From the NCBI GenBank assembly GCA_963836185.1, contig CAWIIQ010000006.1, positions 1 through 64,000 on the forward strand: a stretch of DNA of 64,000 bases, read 5' to 3'. Under the pieces are notes generated by a model. The model did not search any database, had not been told where the DNA came from, and worked only from the letters and a program-made list of their open reading frames with translations. A program made the translations under genes and the position numbers. Origin of the DNA: Candidatus Krumholzibacteriia bacterium (GTDB lineage Bacteria; Krumholzibacteriota; Krumholzibacteriia; Krumholzibacteriales; Krumholzibacteriaceae). Positions 10,389 to 19,220 of the stretch are shown here, piece after piece (position 1 is the first letter of the stretch; each line of letters opens with the position of its first letter).

Positions 10389-11678
10389 ATGAACAACAAG
10401 AAGATACATATGATGTTGGCCGCGCTTATGATCGCGGCACTGTTGCCCGTAAGCGTCTTTGCTCAGGGAAACAACCAGATCGACCCGGAGAAGGCGCGGT
10501 TAGCGATCGAAAGGACCGACGAGGTCATCGCTTCCGCCCGCGAGATCGTACAGGATACGAGGAGCCAGAAGGCACGTACCGCTCTCGAATATTCCATGCA
10601 GCTGCAGAACAAGGCTAAAAACAGCGCCGGAATGTCCAACAACGCCATGGCCTATCAGCTGACCATTCAATCAAGGAATGAAGCCTGGCACTCCATAAAT
10701 CTCGCCAGAACAGACGCGAGGCAGGAGGAGCGGACAAAACGTCTGGCCGAACACACAGCCGATAAGCTCATAATGCTCAGGTCGAGGATCGCTGAGACCG
10801 GTGTCAGGGACGAGCGGGTATTCAGGCTCATGACCGAATCCCAGAGCCTTCTCGAAAAATCCAAGATCAACCATCAGCAGCTTAGAGGCGAGATGGCCCT
10901 CAAGCTGGCAGAGAATTCGTTCAGACTCGCCGACCAGGCCGAAAAGCGGTTCAGGAGGTCCCTCAACCTGATGGAGATGTGCCAGAGAAGGCTGACGCTT
11001 CTCGAGAGACTCTCCGAGAGGGCATATGCCCATATCGAAGGATCGGGTGATGAACGGGCAGCGACGCAGCTCAACAAAACCGATGAGCAGCTCGCCAGGG
11101 CTCGTGAGTCTTTAGCTGCCGGCAGGTACGATGCGTGCAGGATCAGCATCGAGAAGACCGAGAGGATGCTGCGCAGCATGATGAGAAATACATCGAGGAA
11201 TCTCACCGGTGACCCCGAGAATATGATGGCTGAGGCAAGAATGCTCCAGCAGAGAGCCGAAGAGATGATCGGCGCCCATAAGGGAGCCCCCGATAACGCA
11301 TACATGCTGCTCGAGCAGTCCAGGCGGATGCTCGACCGCGCCGAAACAGAACTCGCCGAAGGCAACTCCGAAGAGGCCCTGAGGCTGATGGAACAGGCGC
11401 GAAGGATGCTGCGCACGGCTGTTGAGGAAGCCCAGTCCAGCGTTCCGCCCGAGCAGGCTGCCGACGAGATCGACAGGGCCGCCGAACTGGGGCAGATGGT
11501 CAGGGCCACACTGGAACAGTGTGAGGCCGAAGGTGCACGCAACCTCTACGAACGAGCCAACGAGCACATGGTCCGCGCAAAGGAAAACCTCGACAAGGGC
11601 CAGAGGGATCGAGCTGTCGCCGAGGCGAGAATAGCCCGTAACCTGTTCAACAGAATAAGAGAGATATGCGCTCAGTGA
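10389..11678 (+). CDS. Exported all-alpha helical-repeat protein, unknown function
   Basis: Sec signal (..SVFA|Q), GAAAGGAG RBS, repeated helical hairpins rich in A/E/R/L. Confidence 0.75.
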   Translation: MNNKKIHMMLAALMIAALLPVSVFAQGNNQIDPEKARLAIERTDEVIASAREIVQDTRSQKARTALEYSMQLQNKAKNSAGMSNNAMAYQLTIQSRNEAWHSINLARTDARQEERTKRLAEHTADKLIMLRSRIAETGVRDERVFRLMTESQSLLEKSKINHQQLRGEMALKLAENSFRLADQAEKRFRRSLNLMEMCQRRLTLLERLSERAYAHIEGSGDERAATQLNKTDEQLARARESLAAGRYDACRISIEKTERMLRSMMRNTSRNLTGDPENMMAEARMLQQRAEEMIGAHKGAPDNAYMLLEQSRRMLDRAETELAEGNSEEALRLMEQARRMLRTAVEEAQSSVPPEQAADEIDRAAELGQMVRATLEQCEAEGARNLYERANEHMVRAKENLDKGQRDRAVAEARIARNLFNRIREICAQ

Positions 11679-12127
11679 GCGCCAGATATCTGCGCTCAAC
11701 GGCGCGCGCTGCCATTCCGCTCGCAGCAACGATCCTGGCCGCGTGCGCCGTGAATTCCCCGCTTCCACCCTCCGGAAGCGGGGAATCATCTATCTACTCG
11801 GACGAAAAGACCGGCACAGCCGGGACCAGTTCACAATCCCCTGACAGCACTGATTCCACGCTTGTTGACTCCCTGCCTGACAGTATGTATTTCCAGGTGG
11901 ATCATGCCGATACATCAGCCTCTGATTACGACATGATATTCCTCGAGATCCACACAGATCTTACAGGTGAGCTGATGAAAATCGAAAAAGCCGGCAAGGG
12001 TGGAATGAGAATTGCCGAAATACAGTCTATTGTGAAAACTGCCGAGGAGTTTTATCTTGAAGGGAAACCCCTGGTAGCCGTCAAACTATTGACTGAAGCT
12101 GAATTACTTTTAAGGCAATTGCCCTGA
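11666..12127 (+). CDS. Hypothetical lipoprotein
   Basis: Lipobox LAAC, Ser/Thr-rich linker and C-terminal helical hairpin. Overlaps the upstream stop. Confidence 0.65.
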   Translation: MRSVSARYLRSTARAAIPLAATILAACAVNSPLPPSGSGESSIYSDEKTGTAGTSSQSPDSTDSTLVDSLPDSMYFQVDHADTSASDYDMIFLEIHTDLTGELMKIEKAGKGGMRIAEIQSIVKTAEEFYLEGKPLVAVKLLTEAELLLRQLP

Positions 12128-12129
12128 CT

Positions 12130-13386
12130 ATGAAAAATCCAAGGCTGCTGAGGGTGCCGGTACTGACACTGGTGCTGGCGCTGTTATTTATCTCCCTCCT
12201 TATCGCCCCGCCTGCAGACGCGGCGGAGCTCAGGAACCGTCTGCTCGCAGGATACGATTCATTCGTGGACAGGTTCACTCTCATCGAAGACGATACCACT
12301 GAAGTCGTACATGAATATTACGCCGGCCTCGACAACTTTTTCCTCACCGGAAAAGGCAGGACCAAATTCACACTGAGAAACCTGTTCAAGTACGGCAACC
12401 AGACGATAGACAACGATCTCAACGGCGTCCTTAACGCGGGTTCAAGGGCGAGCTGGCTGATGCAGCTGCGCGCCAACCTGCGCCTGAAGTACTTCCGGGA
12501 AGGAAGCGACTATGAGTTCGGCAACGACTACCTCCAGTCGAACATCCATCTCAAACTGGGAAAGCAGATCAGCGAGAAGTGGTACATCCTCTCCAAATCA
12601 CGAGCCGAAATGATCGATTACCAGGACAGGACCCAGTTCGATTACGATTACCATTATTTTGATACGGGACTCGGTGTGGAATCGGGCAGTTATTTTAGCA
12701 GGTATGCGCGTGCCTTCGTTTCGCTCGGCCGCAGGGAGTCACCCGATACGACCGACCTCAGCTTCAACAGAGTCCTTGCTGAAGCCGAAGTGAGACTCTC
12801 CTCAGGTTCGCTGACATTCGACATAGCGGCGCTCTGCGACAGGCGCGAGTATGAAGGGATGACCAGAAGCGACTACTGGTTCATCTACTCCAATGGAAAC
12901 CTTACATGGACAGGCACGAGCGGCAGGACAGTGACGCTGCGGGTCGAATCGGAGATCCTGAACTATGACACGCAGACGAGGACCTGGTTCAACAACCATT
13001 TCCTGCGGGGAAGCCTTCGCGGCAGATTGCCCGTGACGGGTATATCATACTTCTATGTCGAACCACGATTAGCGACGATGAGGTGTGAATCGTTCATCGA
13101 GGAGAGATATAACGAGGCTTCTGTCGTGCTCGGATTCGATGTCATGGGCAGTGAGAGGTACTGGCTGACCTTCTCCTGGGAACCCGGATACCGCAGTTAC
13201 ACATTGGAAGATAATCCGATATATTCCGATTTTCAGTTCAACAGGTTGACCCTTATGGCGAGCGGGACCTTCGGAAACAGGTATGGAGCGAATCTCTTCA
13301 TATCGCATGATCCGGAAAAGCACACTCGAAGGACGGACGACTTCAGCATCACAATGATCTCCGCTTCCGTCTCGCTTCAGTTCTGA
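12130..13386 (+). CDS. Putative outer-membrane beta-barrel protein
   Basis: Signal peptide, alternating aromatic beta-strands rich in Y/F/D, C-terminal SVSLQF beta-signal. Confidence 0.7.
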   Translation: MKNPRLLRVPVLTLVLALLFISLLIAPPADAAELRNRLLAGYDSFVDRFTLIEDDTTEVVHEYYAGLDNFFLTGKGRTKFTLRNLFKYGNQTIDNDLNGVLNAGSRASWLMQLRANLRLKYFREGSDYEFGNDYLQSNIHLKLGKQISEKWYILSKSRAEMIDYQDRTQFDYDYHYFDTGLGVESGSYFSRYARAFVSLGRRESPDTTDLSFNRVLAEAEVRLSSGSLTFDIAALCDRREYEGMTRSDYWFIYSNGNLTWTGTSGRTVTLRVESEILNYDTQTRTWFNNHFLRGSLRGRLPVTGISYFYVEPRLATMRCESFIEERYNEASVVLGFDVMGSERYWLTFSWEPGYRSYTLEDNPIYSDFQFNRLTLMASGTFGNRYGANLFISHDPEKHTRRTDDFSITMISASVSLQF

Positions 13387-15353
13387 TCTGAGAATATCTC
13401 TGCTATATCCCTGACCTTGACTTCTCCCTCTTTTTCGCGTGCCTTCAACCCGTCCTCGAACATTGTCACGCAGAACGGGCAGGCGGTGAAGATCGTGTCG
13501 ACTCCCAGCTCAAGAGCCTCATCAACGCGTTCCTCGTTGATTCTTTTACCGATCGTCTCTTCCATCCACATACGGCCACCGCCGGCTCCACAGCAGAAGC
13601 TCCTCTTCCCGTGGCGGCCGAATTCAGCAATTGTTCCCACCCCGGCCTTCTTCAACAGCTCACGAGGCTCATCGATAATGTGATTATACCTGCCGAGATA
13701 GCAGGAATCGTGGTAAACACCTTTCAACCCGTCACTTTTACCTGCGAGCTTTCCGGCACCAGCCAGCTCGAGCAGGAACTGTGAGTGGTGCACGACCTCC
13801 TTCTCGTAGCCGAACTGCGGGTATTCCACTCTGAAAGTATTAAAGCCGTGCGGGCAGGTCGTCAGTATCCTGTTGAACTTGTATTTGTTCAGGTTCTCGA
13901 TATTCCCCTCGATCAATGTCTGCGCGAGGTATTCGTTGCCCATTCTCCTCGCTGTCTCGCCGCAGCACATCTCCTCGACTCCCAGAATCGCGAAGTCCAC
14001 GCCGGACTTATTCAGTATCTCGACCATCGATCTGGCGATAGCCTGTCCCCTGGCGTCAAACGATCCCGCGCAGCCTACCCAGAATAGAACATCGAATTCC
14101 TGTTTCTCTGAAGCGAGCGGGACATCAAGCCCCTCGGCCCAGTCGGCTCTTGTCGAGAATCCCATGGACCAGGGGTTGTAATTGACTTCCATGTTCCTGA
14201 ATACGGCCTGCATCTCGTGCGGAAAACTGCTTTCCGTCATCACCAGGTAACGCCTCATATCGACGATCTTCTGCACATGTTCTATGAAAGGAGGGCATTC
14301 CTGCACGCACGCTCCACAGGTGGTACAGGCCCAGATCTCATCTCCGGTGACCGTTTCGCCGATGATCGGAGTCGCCTCAGCCTCATCGCCTCCATCCAGC
14401 AGTTTCTTCCTGTCATCAACGAAATGCCCCCTCATCATGTGTATCATCCTGAAGGGACTGAGTGGTTTTTCCGTGAGATAAGCAGGACAGGCCGCCTGGC
14501 ACCTCCCGCACTCTGTACACGCGTAGAGGTCGAGAAGCTGTTTCCAGGTAAAATCGGTCACATCAGAATTACCGAACTTTTCCGCCGACTCATCCTCAAA
14601 GTCCATCCTGCTCAGCGTCCCGGTCGGCCCGAGGTTGCGGAAGAATATATTCGGGATGGCTCCAAGAATATGAATGTGCTTTGAAAATGGGATGAAAATA
14701 AGGAAGAAAAAGATTATCAGGTGATGTATCCAGGCAAAAATACTCTCGAGGAGGTGCGGGTCGCCCTTGCCGTCAAGCAGTCCCGCCACTATCGCTGACA
14801 CGGGAGCGTATGCCCGGTCTACCTTTGGCGGATCCATCAGCATGCTCGTGCCCTTTACTCCGAACATCAGGAGTATCAGGACGAAGATCAGGCAGAGGAT
14901 GAATACAGCCTCTCTTTTTGCCTTGGGATCATCGATCTGAAGCCGAACCGGCTTAAGTACAAACCGCCGGAAGAGCGATACTATAATCGCACCGAGAACG
15001 AGCAGACCCAGCACATCCTGGAACCACGAGATGATACCGGCGATCTTCACACCAAAGATCGACGCATAGCTGAATCCGGGAAAGATCATCCCGCCGATAT
15101 GCTCGAACGTGCCGAGCGTGATGAAGATGAATCCGTAGAAAATGATGAAGTGTCCGAGGCCCGAGATCTGTGCCAGGACCCTCGCCTGCGCGCCGACGAA
15201 GACTATGACCGACCAGACCCTCTCGCCCCACCGGTCGAACCGGTCCTCCGGTTTTCCCAGTTTAAGCGATCTGATGAGCATTCTAAGAACGACCGCAAAG
15301 ACCGACAGGACACCTAGAAATATCACCAGCAGGGCAATGCCTTGAACGGTCAT
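13377..15353 (-). CDS. Membrane-bound Fe-S oxidoreductase, FadF/HdrD-like (probable ETF:quinone oxidoreductase)
   Basis: N-terminal TM helices, two CxxCxxCxxxCP motifs and two CCG domains. Lies in an operon with etfAB and an acyl-CoA dehydrogenase. Confidence 0.88.
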   Translation of the reverse strand: MTVQGIALLVIFLGVLSVFAVVLRMLIRSLKLGKPEDRFDRWGERVWSVIVFVGAQARVLAQISGLGHFIIFYGFIFITLGTFEHIGGMIFPGFSYASIFGVKIAGIISWFQDVLGLLVLGAIIVSLFRRFVLKPVRLQIDDPKAKREAVFILCLIFVLILLMFGVKGTSMLMDPPKVDRAYAPVSAIVAGLLDGKGDPHLLESIFAWIHHLIIFFFLIFIPFSKHIHILGAIPNIFFRNLGPTGTLSRMDFEDESAEKFGNSDVTDFTWKQLLDLYACTECGRCQAACPAYLTEKPLSPFRMIHMMRGHFVDDRKKLLDGGDEAEATPIIGETVTGDEIWACTTCGACVQECPPFIEHVQKIVDMRRYLVMTESSFPHEMQAVFRNMEVNYNPWSMGFSTRADWAEGLDVPLASEKQEFDVLFWVGCAGSFDARGQAIARSMVEILNKSGVDFAILGVEEMCCGETARRMGNEYLAQTLIEGNIENLNKYKFNRILTTCPHGFNTFRVEYPQFGYEKEVVHHSQFLLELAGAGKLAGKSDGLKGVYHDSCYLGRYNHIIDEPRELLKKAGVGTIAEFGRHGKRSFCCGAGGGRMWMEETIGKRINEERVDEALELGVDTIFTACPFCVTMFEDGLKAREKEGEVKVRDIAEIFSDQN

Positions 15354-15447
15354 GACGCCTCCTCATCAATCCGATTTCCTGAAGGCCCGCTCTTCAGCAG
15401 AGATACATTCCTTCAGCAGGACTCATTTTCTCAGAAAGATCCTTTTA

Positions 15448-16428
15448 CTACAGGATCTTCTTTATCTCCTCGGTCAGGACCGGCAAGACCTCGAAGAGAT
15501 CGCCGACGATCCCATAATGCGCCTTTTCAAAAATAGGCGCGTTGGGATCCTTGTTGATCGCCACAATCACCTTTGACGTCCTCATTCCGGCAAGATGCTG
15601 AATGGCACCCGAGATACCACATGCTATGTAGAGCTTGGGATTGACGACCTTTCCTGTCTGTCCGACCTGGATCGGCTGCTCAGCAAATCCGGCGTCGACT
15701 GCCGCCCTTGAAGCTCCCACGGCACCACCGAAAAGGTCGGCCAGATCTTCGAGAAGTTTGAAGTTAGCAGCTTCCTTCATCGCCCGGCCGCCCGATATGA
15801 TAACGTCAGCCTCGGTGACATCAGGACGCCCTCCCGCCAGAGGAACGATCTCGGTTGCAATAGCCCTGATTGCGGCAAGATCTATACCTGAGGGGCGCGC
15901 AGCCACCTCACCGCCATCACCTTTTTCCGCAGCTGGAGGCAGATTGTTCGGTCTGACGGTCACAAAGACGGGGCGCTCCCCGGCAGGAGCGATCTCCAGG
16001 TAAAGCTTGCCCGAATAAACGGGTCGCCTGACCATGACAGCCCCATCCTCAAATCCAAGCTCGACGCAATCGCTGAACATAACTCCGTCGACCTTGGCTA
16101 CGGCTCTGGCACCGAGGTCACGTCCCATTGACGTTGCTCCAAGAAGGACATACTCGTAATCGTTTTCCTTGACCAGATCGGCCAGTACGGTCGCGTAACC
16201 TTCGGGGGAATATCTGGCGGTCGCATCGTCGTCGACAACGGCGATCTTCCTGACTCCCAGGCCGGCGAGCTTTGCAGCCTCACTCTCAGCTCCCGTCCCT
16301 ACGATAAGCGCGTCGACGGAGCCGCCAGTACCGGCAGCGATCGTCATGGCGCCATGCACGAGTTCTTTAGCGACCTTCTTGAGTTCTCCGTTCCTTATTT
16401 CTCCAAATACAAGAATATCTCCAGTCAT
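15448..16428 (-). CDS. etfA: Electron transfer flavoprotein alpha subunit
   Basis: Motifs GASRAAVDAG, QVGQTGK, GISGAIQHLAGM and AINKD. Confidence 0.95.
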   Translation of the reverse strand: MTGDILVFGEIRNGELKKVAKELVHGAMTIAAGTGGSVDALIVGTGAESEAAKLAGLGVRKIAVVDDDATARYSPEGYATVLADLVKENDYEYVLLGATSMGRDLGARAVAKVDGVMFSDCVELGFEDGAVMVRRPVYSGKLYLEIAPAGERPVFVTVRPNNLPPAAEKGDGGEVAARPSGIDLAAIRAIATEIVPLAGGRPDVTEADVIISGGRAMKEAANFKLLEDLADLFGGAVGASRAAVDAGFAEQPIQVGQTGKVVNPKLYIACGISGAIQHLAGMRTSKVIVAINKDPNAPIFEKAHYGIVGDLFEVLPVLTEEIKKIL

Positions 16429-16446
16429 CACAGAATCCTCCACCGG

Positions 16447-17238
16447 TTATATGACCTTTGCCTCTTCGCGCAGCAGCCTGACGAGCTCCCTGACGGCGTC
16501 GGAAGTCTCCTCGGCCTCTATCATCCTGCACTCTCCTCCCTTGGGAAGAGGCAGCCATTTCAGGATCCTGCTCCTGCCCCCGCCGGGCACCTCGGAGAAA
16601 CCGAGGTCGGCAAGGCTCTTGTTCCTGATTTCCTTCTTTTTCGCTTTCATGATTCCCGGCAGAGATGCGTATCGGGGATCATTCAGTCCCTTGTCGCACG
16701 AAACGATCGCGGGCAGTGATGTCTCTATCTTCTCGTCGCCGCCCTCTATTCTTCTGCCGACCGTCGCCTTCGATGCGTCATCTGACAGCTCGAAGGTAGT
16801 GGCAACGCTGACCTGAGGGACATCGAGCATCTCGGCCAGTATGCAATGGACCTGGGCCATATCATCATCGATCGCCTGCTTCCCGCAGAAAACGATATCG
16901 AATCCCTCTTCGCTGATCGCCTTGGCCAATATCGTAGCGGTTGTGAACGGTCCCGGATATTTGATTGCTTCATCGACGATATGCACGGCATCGTCAGCGC
17001 CCATCGCCAGTGCGGTGCGGATCACCTCGGTGGCTTCACCAGGCCCCATGCAGACGACCGTCACTTTACTGTCGCCGCCGACCTTCTCCTTCATCAGCAA
17101 TCCTTCCTCGATGGCATATTCATCGTAGGGGTTGATGACGAACTTGACTCCATCCTCCCTGATACCCGAACCTTCCTGGTTGATCAGTATCTTCGCTTCC
17201 GTATCCGGAACGCGTTTGAGCAGCACCATTATCTTCAA
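16447..17238 (-). CDS. etfB: Electron transfer flavoprotein beta subunit
   Basis: Motifs KRVPD, NPYDEYAIE, ALAMGAD, GKQAIDDD and PRYASLPGIMKA. TTG start. Confidence 0.95.
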   Translation of the reverse strand: MKIMVLLKRVPDTEAKILINQEGSGIREDGVKFVINPYDEYAIEEGLLMKEKVGGDSKVTVVCMGPGEATEVIRTALAMGADDAVHIVDEAIKYPGPFTTATILAKAISEEGFDIVFCGKQAIDDDMAQVHCILAEMLDVPQVSVATTFELSDDASKATVGRRIEGGDEKIETSLPAIVSCDKGLNDPRYASLPGIMKAKKKEIRNKSLADLGFSEVPGGGRSRILKWLPLPKGGECRMIEAEETSDAVRELVRLLREEAKVI

Positions 17239-17273
17239 GTCGTTCCTCCTTTCGCCGATCCTGTCGCGATGCG

Positions 17274-18437
17274 TCAGGCCGGGTACATCTGCTCGTATTC
17301 TTCCAGTATCTTCTTCGCGATCACTATTCTCTGTATCTCACTCGTTCCCTCGTAGATCTCCAGAACCCTCGCGTCCCTGAAGAATCTCTCTATCTTGAAT
17401 TCCTCGGTGTATCCGACACCGCCATGGATCTGCATGGCATCGTATACCGCTTCATTCGCAATCCGGCTGGCGAACAGTTTTGCCATCGACGCTTCCTTAG
17501 AACACGGTCTGCCGGCATCGCGGAGCCTGGCCGCACGGTAGACAAGAAGCCGTGCCGCTTCGAGGTTCGTACCCATGTCTGCTATCTTCCAGCGTGTCGC
17601 CTGAAAATCGGCGATCCTCTTGCCGAACTGCACCCGCTCCCTGGCGAATAACACAGCCTCATCCAGCGCGGTCTGGGCGATTCCCAGAGACTGGGCGGCT
17701 ATCCCGATTCTGCCGCCATCGAGCGATCCGAGGGCTATCTGAATACCCTGTCCTTCTTCGCCGATGACGTTGGAAGCCGGCACCCTGCAGTCCTCGAAGA
17801 CGAGCTCGACTGTCGTGGATGCCTTCATCCCCATTTTGTGTTCGACCTTGCCGATCGAGAATCCCGGGAAATCCGGTTCGACGACAAAGGCTGAGAGCCC
17901 GCGGGATCTACCTGTAGGATTGGTCCTGGCGATGACAATGATCACACCAGCCTTATCACCTGTAGATATGAAAATCTTCGCTCCGTTGAGAATATAGTCG
18001 TCGCCGTCTTTTATTGCCGACATGCTTATTGCGGCAACATCACTTCCGGCGTTTGGTTCGGTCAGAGCGTAGGCACCGATGGCTTCACCCGAAGTCATCC
18101 TCGGGAGATACTTCTCCTTCAGGAGATCACTTCCCCAACCGTATATGATGTAATTTGCGAGTGAGTTATGTACGGATAAAGCTATCGCTGTCGATGGGCA
18201 GACCCTGCTGATCTCCTCGAGGGTCAATGCGAGGCTCAAGTTGCTGAACCCGACTCCGCCGTATTCCTCAGGCATCGTCATGCCCATGAATCCAAGCTCG
18301 GCCAGTTTCCGGTAGATCTCCTCGTGAAACACACCATTCTTGTTGGCTTCATCGACTATCGCGGCAATGTCCTTTCGGGCAAAATCGCGGGCGGTCTTTT
18401 GAATCATCCGTTCTTCTTCAGTGAGCTGAATACACAT
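17274..18437 (-). CDS. Acyl-CoA dehydrogenase (short-chain/butyryl-CoA type)
   Basis: Motifs ALTEPNAGSD, LNGAKIFI, GRIGIAAQ, QIHGGVGY and EIYEGTSEIQR. Confidence 0.93.
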   Translation of the reverse strand: MCIQLTEEERMIQKTARDFARKDIAAIVDEANKNGVFHEEIYRKLAELGFMGMTMPEEYGGVGFSNLSLALTLEEISRVCPSTAIALSVHNSLANYIIYGWGSDLLKEKYLPRMTSGEAIGAYALTEPNAGSDVAAISMSAIKDGDDYILNGAKIFISTGDKAGVIIVIARTNPTGRSRGLSAFVVEPDFPGFSIGKVEHKMGMKASTTVELVFEDCRVPASNVIGEEGQGIQIALGSLDGGRIGIAAQSLGIAQTALDEAVLFARERVQFGKRIADFQATRWKIADMGTNLEAARLLVYRAARLRDAGRPCSKEASMAKLFASRIANEAVYDAMQIHGGVGYTEEFKIERFFRDARVLEIYEGTSEIQRIVIAKKILEEYEQMYPA

Positions 18438-18685
18438 CGCAATTCCCTATATCAGGATATCACACACGACCGCGGGCGAAATTCGCCCGCGTATCAGGAT
18501 TAAAGAAGATACTATAGCCCGTACCCCTGTGTCAATCATTGATGAAACCGCTTCCAGCAATAAAGATACCCCGGATAACCCTGTTCTGTGCATGTGTGCC
18601 CGCGGAGCATTTTACGGGTTGCCATCAGAAGCCCGATAGCATATAAATATCTCTCCTGAATCTTACAACAGAAGGGGGCATACCT

Positions 18686-19108
18686 GTGTGGGGTCGTGAC
18701 AAGAAAAAAAAGAAGAAAAAGGCGACAGAGCCGGCAAAAGCGGAACACGCTGAAATGAGCCCCGATAATCAGTGTGACGACTGCATCCCCGCGAAGTGCT
18801 GCATGTACTTCTCCGTCGAAATCGATGAACCTGAAGATATGGACGACTGGAACGACATGCTCTGGATCCTCGCCCACAGAGACGCCGAGATCTATATGGA
18901 CGATGACCGCTGGTACGTCCTGGTTCAGAATCCATGCAGATTCTATGATCCAGTCAAGAAATGCCTGATTTATACACGGCGCCCGAGGATATGCCACGGA
19001 CATACCTGGGAAGACTGTGAGTTCAGGGACGAATACAACTTCGATCTCCATTTCCACAGCTACGAGGAAATGGAACGCTATATCAGGAACAATCTGGAGG
19101 AAGTCTGA
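18686..19108 (+). CDS. YkgJ-family cysteine-cluster (Zn/Fe-chelating) protein; start uncertain (18686 or 18755)
   Basis: CxxCxxxxCC..PC......CxIYxxRPxIC pattern. Confidence 0.8.
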   Translation: MWGRDKKKKKKKATEPAKAEHAEMSPDNQCDDCIPAKCCMYFSVEIDEPEDMDDWNDMLWILAHRDAEIYMDDDRWYVLVQNPCRFYDPVKKCLIYTRRPRICHGHTWEDCEFRDEYNFDLHFHSYEEMERYIRNNLEEV

Positions 19109-19134
19109 CGCTCCAGCGGATTTTCACATACTGA

Positions 19135-19178
19135 AAACCCGGCCGTAGAGTCTTAAAACTCTACAGCCGGGTTTATTT
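19135..19178. terminator. Bidirectional terminator between convergent genes
   Basis: Long hairpin AAACCCGGCCGTAGAGT..ACTCTACAGCCGGGTTT with A/T tracts on both sides. Confidence 0.75.
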
Positions 19179-19220
19179 CAACATAATCAGCTCGATCTGC
19201 CCGCTGGAATGCAACCTGAA

